From Alphaproteobacteria bacterium (GTDB lineage Bacteria > Pseudomonadota > Alphaproteobacteria > Bin95): a stretch of 64,000 nucleotides of DNA. Of the stretch, positions 57,895 to 64,000 are shown piece after piece (the stretch's first letter is position 1; each line of letters starts with the position of its first letter). A model generated the notes under the pieces. That model had not been told where the DNA came from, searched no databases, and worked only from the letters and a program-made list of their open reading frames with translations. Location: the NCBI GenBank assembly GCA_964291285.2, contig OZ219788.1, positions 608,001-672,000 of the forward strand, given 5' to 3'. The translations under genes were made by a program, and so were the position numbers.

Positions 57895-60800
57895 TACGCC
57901 ACCCTCTCGTCCGTGCTTGCCGACAAGATTTCCGACGCCGAGATGACGACGCCGCCTTTCGTCCGGGCCAGCAGGCGGCCGAAGGGGTCGCGCACCCTGA
58001 CCAGGCGGGGGCGCGGCCCGGCGCAATCGAAGACGACATAGAGCCAGTAGCGCTCGCGCAGGTTGCAGGCCGCCGCCCATTCGTTTTCGCTCACTTCCAC
58101 CGCGCCCGATCCGGCGCGGCCCTTGACCTCTATGGCGCGGTCCTCGGCCGGCCCGCCCGCTCCGGCCGGGCGCAGCGAACGAAGGTCGAAGCCGGGCCAG
58201 TCGCCCAAGCCGGCGCGCCGCGCCAGCGCGGGCCGCGACACGTCTCGAACCGAAGCCCCCGCCGCTTCCTCATGGGCGCGCGCATGGGCCATGGCGATCG
58301 CCTCGACTTCGGCGTCGTGCCGCTGCCGCTCTTCCGGGTCACCGGTCGGCAGGACCAGTGCATGGGCGATCATCGCTGCCTCGCCGGGCCCGATCGAGGC
58401 AGGCTCCGCCTCCAGCGCCGCCAGATGGCAGCGCTGCTCCGCGACCAGGCGGTTCTGCTCTTCCTTCACGATGGCGAGCTCCGCTTGCGCTTGCGAATCG
58501 CCCTGGCGGGCCTCCCCGCTCATGCTCCGGCGCCTCGTCATCAATTCGGCGGTCTTGTAGTCGTAGCCGCGCGCGGTCCAACGGCGCCGTTCCGGCAGCG
58601 CCTCCTCAAGGCGCACGCGATGTTTCGCCGCCATGCGCAGTGCAGTCTCCTTCAGCGACGCCCTGGCGTTCTCCGTGAGCCTGTGCGCCGCGCGGGCCAG
58701 CGGTATGCTGCCGGGCGCGACGCCGCCAATGCCGCGCAACAAGAGCAGATGCTCCGGCGGGCAGGGCGAAACGGCGCCGTCGCTCTCCTGCCGCAGCCCG
58801 ACCGGGCGTATCTCGACCGTCTCCACCCGGTTCCGGCCGCGCCGCACCACCGAGACCCGGGCCAGGTGAAAGAGGTAGGGTTCCTCGGCGTGGGGATCGA
58901 CGAATATCGCGCCGCGCAGCGCCTCGCCGCCGTGGCGCGCCAGCAGAGCGGCGTGAAAGCACTCGAACACCGGCTCGCCGGGATGCATCCAGATGGTGTC
59001 GCCGCCAGATTCCGGACGCTGGAACGTCAACCGGCCCCGCATCGCTTCGGGGTAGACGTCCATCGCGGCGCGCATATCGTCGGCGGCGCGCGGGCGTTGG
59101 GGCACGAAGTCGAACACGCCGCCCGCGTCGCCCTCCAGCCGCAGGTCGATCAAGGGGGCCGCGGTCTCGACGAAGTGGCGGACATGGCCGGGGAGCAGGC
59201 GGCGATACTGTTCCCGCTCCATGGTCGCGTTGAGTTCGGGAAGGCGGGCGCGGACCTCGCCGCTGCCGTAGAGGCCACGCTCCCGCGCTTCAATGGCGAC
59301 CGCCCGTTCCGGCGTCAGATTGGCCTCGAACGCCTCGACAGCGGCGCGGGCGCCAGCCTCCGTCACCGCCTGCTCCAGATAGTCCTTGAGCGGCAGATTC
59401 TCGAACAGGTGCCCGACGACATCGAACACCTTGTCCGAGCGGAGTTCCTTGCGGATCGCCTCGAGCTTGTCGAGCAGCACCTTGAGGACCCGGCCTTCGC
59501 GCGTCTCCCCGGCGACCAGGTTGACGATCACCACCGGGTCGCGCGTCTGCCCGTAGCGGTGGATGCGCCCCATCCTCTGCTCCAGCCGCGCCGGGTTCCA
59601 GGGCAGGTCGTAATTCACCATCAGCCAGCAGAACTGGAGATTGATGCCCTCGCCGGCGGCATCGGTCGCGACCAGATAGCTGGCGCCGCCGCGCTCCGCC
59701 GGACGCCGGAACAGTTCCACCTGCGCCTCGCGCGCGCGGTAGTCCAGCCCGCCGTGGACCAGGGCGACCCGCCCGGCGAAGCCGAGACCTTCCAGGCGGC
59801 GCACCAGAAACGCCGCCGTGTCGCGGTGCTCGGTGAAGACGATGAGCTTCTCCCGGGCGAAGGCCGGATCGCCCATGACCGCGCGCAGCTTCTCGAACTT
59901 GGAGTCCTCGCCAGCTTCGGCGAGGCGGCGCGCCTGGAACAGAAGGACCTCGACCTCCGCCCGCTCCTCCCGGAGTTGCGTCAGGGTGAGCGCGGCGAAA
60001 CCGCCGAGCGCGGCCTCTTCGAATTCCTCGTGGCGCTCCCGTTCGCCGCTGTCGTCCGCCTCCTCGTCGGCGGTGCGGGATTCGAAGAAATCCGGTGTCT
60101 TACCGAGCCGGGTCTGGCCCCGCTCCAGCTCCTCGCTGCGGCCCGCCCGGACGAGCGCGACGGCCTCGTCCAGGCGGGCGAGGCGGCGCTCGAACGAGCG
60201 CATCACGGCATAGGTCGAGCTGGCGAGCCGACGCTGGAACACGCTCATCGCAAGACGGGCCGCGGAACGGTTCAGAATGCGCGCCTTGTTGTAGGTTTCC
60301 TCAATGTACTGCGTCGTCGCGTCGTAGAGTTCCTGCTCGGCCGGATTGAGCGCGTAGCTGAGGGTGTCGCACTTGCGTTGCGGGTAGAGGGGTCGGCCGT
60401 CGGCGTGGACCATCTCTTCCTTGGTGCGGCGGATGAAGTGGCGGCGGCGCTGCGCTTCGGGGAAGTCCGCGAACGCCTCGAAGGTCGCCAGCGCGTCCGG
60501 CGCGAGCAGGCGCCACAGGCAGTAGTAGGGGAAATCCTTGCCCATGTGCGGCGTCGCGGTCAGCAGCAGGATGTTCGGCGCCGACCAGCCCAGGCGCCAG
60601 CGCGCACAGTCTACGGGCAGGCCGGCCAGAGCTTCGGCGAGGCGGTAGCGGTCGGTCTTGCGGACTCGGAAATCCTGCTCGCGGGCGGCGGCCAGCTTGT
60701 GGGCCTCGTCGAACACCACGAGGTCATAGGGCCGCGCGGCACCCGATTCCACCGCCTCGCGAAGGCGCCCGAACATGCGCTCGCCGACAAGCGTGTCGAT

Positions 60801-61448
60801 GCTGACGACGATGCGGTCGCCCCCCGGTCCGGCGAACGGGTTCCCGGCGCGGGCGTCGGTGCCGCGCACGATGCGGAAGGGGAGGCGGAACAGCATGCGC
60901 ATCTCGCGTTCCCAGTTGCCGACCAGCCCGGCCGGCGCCGCCACAAGCACACGGGTCACCAGCCGTCGCACGAGCATCTCGCGGAGATACAGCCCCGTCA
61001 TGATCGTCTTTCCGGCGCCGGCGTCGTCGGCAAGGAGAAACCGCAGCGGCGACTGGCCGATCATGTGCTCGTAGACGGCGATACGCTGGTGCGGCAACGG
61101 GTCGATCGAGGATATCTCGCTGGCGAAAGCCGGGTTGGACAGGTGGCCGTAGGCGAGCCGCGTCGCCGCCGCAACGGCAGCCACCGCTGCCGGCTCGGAG
61201 CCAAAGTCGAGTGTTGGCGTCGCCGAAGCGGCGGGCGGCTCGGCCGGCCGGGTCAAGTGCCGGACCTCGGCTTCCAGATCGACGATCCCGCGCCACGCCA
61301 GGCGCCCGGGCCTGGACTGGCTGTTCTCCCAGCGGTTCACTGTCGCGAACGACACGCCGACGCGCTCCGCCATCTGCGCCTGCGTGAGCCCCAACCGCCC
61401 ACGCAAGTCCTTGACCCGGAGTGGATAGTCTTCCGGAATGTCGCCCAT
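57894..61448 (-). CDS. XRE-HTH + SNF2 helicase + DUF3883 nuclease fusion
   Basis: LGLTQAQMAERVGVSFATVNRWE; LADDAGAGKT, DEAH, TATP, EGINLQ, QRMGRIHR; GFDLRS..IEVKG..NEW..YWLYVV. Confidence 0.92.
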   Translation of the reverse strand: MGDIPEDYPLRVKDLRGRLGLTQAQMAERVGVSFATVNRWENSQSRPGRLAWRGIVDLEAEVRHLTRPAEPPAASATPTLDFGSEPAAVAAVAAATRLAYGHLSNPAFASEISSIDPLPHQRIAVYEHMIGQSPLRFLLADDAGAGKTIMTGLYLREMLVRRLVTRVLVAAPAGLVGNWEREMRMLFRLPFRIVRGTDARAGNPFAGPGGDRIVVSIDTLVGERMFGRLREAVESGAARPYDLVVFDEAHKLAAAREQDFRVRKTDRYRLAEALAGLPVDCARWRLGWSAPNILLLTATPHMGKDFPYYCLWRLLAPDALATFEAFADFPEAQRRRHFIRRTKEEMVHADGRPLYPQRKCDTLSYALNPAEQELYDATTQYIEETYNKARILNRSAARLAMSVFQRRLASSTYAVMRSFERRLARLDEAVALVRAGRSEELERGQTRLGKTPDFFESRTADEEADDSGERERHEEFEEAALGGFAALTLTQLREERAEVEVLLFQARRLAEAGEDSKFEKLRAVMGDPAFAREKLIVFTEHRDTAAFLVRRLEGLGFAGRVALVHGGLDYRAREAQVELFRRPAERGGASYLVATDAAGEGINLQFCWLMVNYDLPWNPARLEQRMGRIHRYGQTRDPVVIVNLVAGETREGRVLKVLLDKLEAIRKELRSDKVFDVVGHLFENLPLKDYLEQAVTEAGARAAVEAFEANLTPERAVAIEARERGLYGSGEVRARLPELNATMEREQYRRLLPGHVRHFVETAAPLIDLRLEGDAGGVFDFVPQRPRAADDMRAAMDVYPEAMRGRLTFQRPESGGDTIWMHPGEPVFECFHAALLARHGGEALRGAIFVDPHAEEPYLFHLARVSVVRRGRNRVETVEIRPVGLRQESDGAVSPCPPEHLLLLRGIGGVAPGSIPLARAAHRLTENARASLKETALRMAAKHRVRLEEALPERRRWTARGYDYKTAELMTRRRSMSGEARQGDSQAQAELAIVKEEQNRLVAEQRCHLAALEAEPASIGPGEAAMIAHALVLPTGDPEERQRHDAEVEAIAMAHARAHEEAAGASVRDVSRPALARRAGLGDWPGFDLRSLRPAGAGGPAEDRAIEVKGRAGSGAVEVSENEWAAACNLRERYWLYVVFDCAGPRPRLVRVRDPFGRLLARTKGGVVISASEILSASTDERVA

Positions 61449-61502
61449 TCCCGGTCGCCCGTCGTTTCTCGATTACATGGGGCGCAAGGATTAGACCATC
61501 TC

Positions 61503-61530
61503 GTGCGACATAGCAAATGCTATATCGCAC
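61503..61530. promoter_or_regulatory. palindromic operator candidate upstream of the defence operon
   Basis: GTGCGACATAGCA-AA-TGCTATATCGCAC, 12 of 13 pairs. Confidence 0.6.
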
Positions 61531-62032
61531 TTTCCATGTCCCGATCATGCCGAGCGAAGAGACGGCCCTTGCCATAGGAGCGCTGCGGCAGTCCCAATTC
61601 CGACAGAGGTACCCAACCTTCCGCCAATCCGCCGTTCATACGGCCCGGTTCGGCTCAGGGAGCCGTTCGTCGGCCCTGTCGGCAGCGCAGGCCTGAGCGG
61701 CGCCGGGAATCCGGCTGTTGCCGGTCGTTCGAGCGTCCGCGCAGGGCTTCCGCCTCGCGTGACAACTCCTCCACAGCACGGCCAGCCCGCGGGGGGCAAG
61801 ATGCCCGGGATGAATGCTCCAGAGACACATGTCCGCATTCTCAATGCTGGAGGGTCGCCGGGCAACACGAGCCTTATGAGACCCGCGGGTTGCCTTCCCC
61901 GCACAGCTTTCCGCGACGATGCGGTCTTCGTGATGACATAGTGTTGATACGTTTCTGGAAATATCCTGTGTTCTCACTGTAATATATTGTAATTACTGTA
62001 TTAATTCAGCCCATTATCCGTCATGCCATTCA

Positions 62033-62147
62033 AATCAAACGCTTCAAACGCATCGCCCTGCGCTGCGAAAAGACCGCCACAAACTTCAGCTCCTTCGTCG
62101 CACTCGCCGCTGCCTTCATCTTGATCAAATCCGTCCACAGGACCTAA
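62033..62147 (+). mobile_element. IS5-family terminal remnant
   Basis: IKRFKRIALRCEKTATNFSSFVALAAAFILIKSVHRT* is a typical IS5 transposase C-terminus. Confidence 0.75.
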
Positions 62148-62177
62148 AAATTTTCCCTGGGGCCGGAATTTCATATG

Positions 62178-62205
62178 TTGACTTCGCCGCCCCCCCCCGT
62201 ATTTG
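62178..62205 (+). promoter_or_regulatory. putative sigma70 promoter with C9 tract in the spacer
   Basis: TTGACT-16 nt (containing C9 at 62190-62198)-TATTTG, about 40 nt before the RTX gene start. Confidence 0.45.
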
Positions 62206-62244
62206 GGGACGACATTGTTCATCTGACGAGCGGAGATATCCGAG

Positions 62245-64000
62245 ATGGCGACGAAACCCATGGAGTATTTTGTTGACAGCGAGGAGACGCTGGATCTGTC
62301 CCGCACTACCGGGGTGAACCACATCTCGCGCGCGGAGGGGCACTACGGCTCGATGCACGTCCTGGGCGGGCAGGGCCACGATTCCTTCACAGGGAACTGG
62401 GGCGACGACTACTTCAAGGATGCCGGCGGCGGCAGCCTCGCGAAAGGCGGCGAGGGGCAGGACTATCTCGAAGGCGGCTACGGCATGAATGTCCTCCATG
62501 GCGGCCGGGGCAGCGACACCCTGGTCGGGAACCGGGAGGACGCGTTCTCCGACCGTCTCTACGGCGGCGCCGACAGCGACTATCTGATTGCAGGCCGGGT
62601 CAAGGACAGCAGCCGGGTGGACGACGGCACAGGCGCGCTCACCGGCACAACGAGGGGCAGGGGTCCGCAGAGCGACCAGGAGGTCGAAAACCCGCGGGGG
62701 AACATCCTCAACGGCGGCACGGGGTTGGACAAATTCATCCTGAACCCCGACAGCTACGTCTACATTGAGGACTACGAGCGTCCGTGGGGATCGAACAACA
62801 CCAGGGACTCCATCATTGTGACCGGTCTCGGGGACGGACCGAGGCCCACGATCGTTCACCACCCCGATGGCGTCTACGGGAATGCCCACTTCCGGATCAT
62901 GCTGGGCGACAAGGTGCTCGCCGAGCTCAACTACGGGGTGGATGTCGATCCCGAGGACCCGTATGCCGTCGATGCCGCGATCGACTGGATCGGCCAGAGC
63001 CTCTCGCCGCAGCGCGGGGAGTGGGTCCAGGGTACGCAGGCGGGCGATAACCTTTCGGGCAGCGCCTTCGAAGACAAGATCTATGGCCATGGCGGCGATG
63101 ACCGGATCGACGGCGGCGCGGGCACTGATCATATTGATGGCGGCCGCGGCAACGACATCCTCCGCGGCGGGGACGGTTACGACTTAATGCTTGGTGGTCG
63201 CGGCAACGACACGCTTTACGGCGGTGCGGACGATGACGCGCTTGTTGGCGCTGGCGGCAACGACCTGCTCTACGGCGGCGCCGGCGAGGATGAGCTCATC
63301 GGCGGCGACGGCCACGACCGGCTTGACGGCGGTGCGGGCCAGGACAAGCTCTATGGCGACAGTGGCCGGGACATCTTCGTCATCAGCACGACCGACGAGG
63401 CTCCCGACATCATCGCGGACTTCAATGTGGCTGAGGACTATGTCCGGCTGCCGTTCGGTCTCGCATGGGACGATGTGCGGTTCGAGGCGGGCACCCTCGA
63501 CGCCCCGCTGTGGGGCATCGAAGGCGAGAAGGCGCATTTCCTCGTCACCGGTACAGGGGAGGCGAAGAAACAGCTTGCCGCGTTCCAGGGTCTCGACGAG
63601 AACGACCTGTCGAAGGTCGAGTTCATCTGGGACTTCGATCCGACCGAGGAACGGCCGGATCCGGATGCCGGGAAGACGATCACGGGCACGAACAGGAAGG
63701 ACCTGCTCGTCGGCGGCAGCGGTAACGACACCATCAATGGCAAGGGCGCGTTTGACGTGCTCTACGGCCGCGGCGGCGACGACACGCTGTATGGCGGCAA
63801 TGGCAAGGACACGCTCCATGGCGGCAGCGGCAACGACCTCCTGTTCGGGGATGGCAACAACGACATCCTCCACGGCGGCGCTGGCCGCGACACGCTGAAC
63901 GGCGGCAACAGCGCCGACCGGCTATACGGCGAAGACGGCGACGACACGCTCAATGGCGGCAATGGCGACGACATGCTGTATGGCGGCGCCGGCAGCGACA
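62245..64000 (+). CDS. RTX/hemolysin-type calcium-binding repeat protein (3'-truncated by window edge)
   Basis: Frame from MATKPMEY with many GGxGxDxLx nonapeptides (GGRGSDTLV, GGAGEDELI, GGNGKDTLH); absent from the ORF track. Confidence 0.92.
   Translation, partial: MATKPMEYFVDSEETLDLSRTTGVNHISRAEGHYGSMHVLGGQGHDSFTGNWGDDYFKDAGGGSLAKGGEGQDYLEGGYGMNVLHGGRGSDTLVGNREDAFSDRLYGGADSDYLIAGRVKDSSRVDDGTGALTGTTRGRGPQSDQEVENPRGNILNGGTGLDKFILNPDSYVYIEDYERPWGSNNTRDSIIVTGLGDGPRPTIVHHPDGVYGNAHFRIMLGDKVLAELNYGVDVDPEDPYAVDAAIDWIGQSLSPQRGEWVQGTQAGDNLSGSAFEDKIYGHGGDDRIDGGAGTDHIDGGRGNDILRGGDGYDLMLGGRGNDTLYGGADDDALVGAGGNDLLYGGAGEDELIGGDGHDRLDGGAGQDKLYGDSGRDIFVISTTDEAPDIIADFNVAEDYVRLPFGLAWDDVRFEAGTLDAPLWGIEGEKAHFLVTGTGEAKKQLAAFQGLDENDLSKVEFIWDFDPTEERPDPDAGKTITGTNRKDLLVGGSGNDTINGKGAFDVLYGRGGDDTLYGGNGKDTLHGGSGNDLLFGDGNNDILHGGAGRDTLNGGNSADRLYGEDGDDTLNGGNGDDMLYGGAGSD

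Noticed and set aside
45194-61448. BREX, DISARM or Gabija
   Set aside because: No PglZ/BrxL, no DUF1998/PLD and no OLD nuclease; the gene set fits the DUF499/DUF1156/SNF2 restriction-like class.
1-64000. tRNA or rRNA genes
   Set aside because: None recognised by eye; a covariance-model scan would be needed to exclude them.

Overview
GC-rich bacterial window, probably alphaproteobacterial (inferred from gene content). 1-2.8 kb holds a Cre-like tyrosine recombinase enclosed by two inverted 34-bp lox-like sites (13-8-13, identical spacer), with an extra half-site. This looks like a self-contained inversion module. Next come a porin, a TbpB-like surface lipoprotein with its Slam exporter, and a DUF559 nuclease embedded in a ~208-bp REP-like palindrome array. 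A metabolic/transport stretch (10-36 kb) contains a ParDE pair, a hidden UGA-readthrough selenoprotein (UxxC plus SECIS hairpin) with a glutaredoxin, choline sulfatase and a close acetylene hydratase homologue. A complete ISAs1 element (DUF4338-fused transposase, 9-bp target duplication) sits just upstream of the hydratase homologue. 36.6-62.1 kb is a mobile/defence island. It holds an IS3 remnant, a 4-kb IS21 element carrying a Zn-finger gene and a toprim gene, ICE-like remnants, and a restriction-like operon (XRE-SNF2-DUF3883, DUF1156 methylase, DUF499 ATPase) with interleaved UvrD, PHP-ATPase and AlbA_2 genes. The window ends in an RTX-repeat gene whose putative promoter has a C9 tract. All family calls come from motif recognition; no database searches were run.
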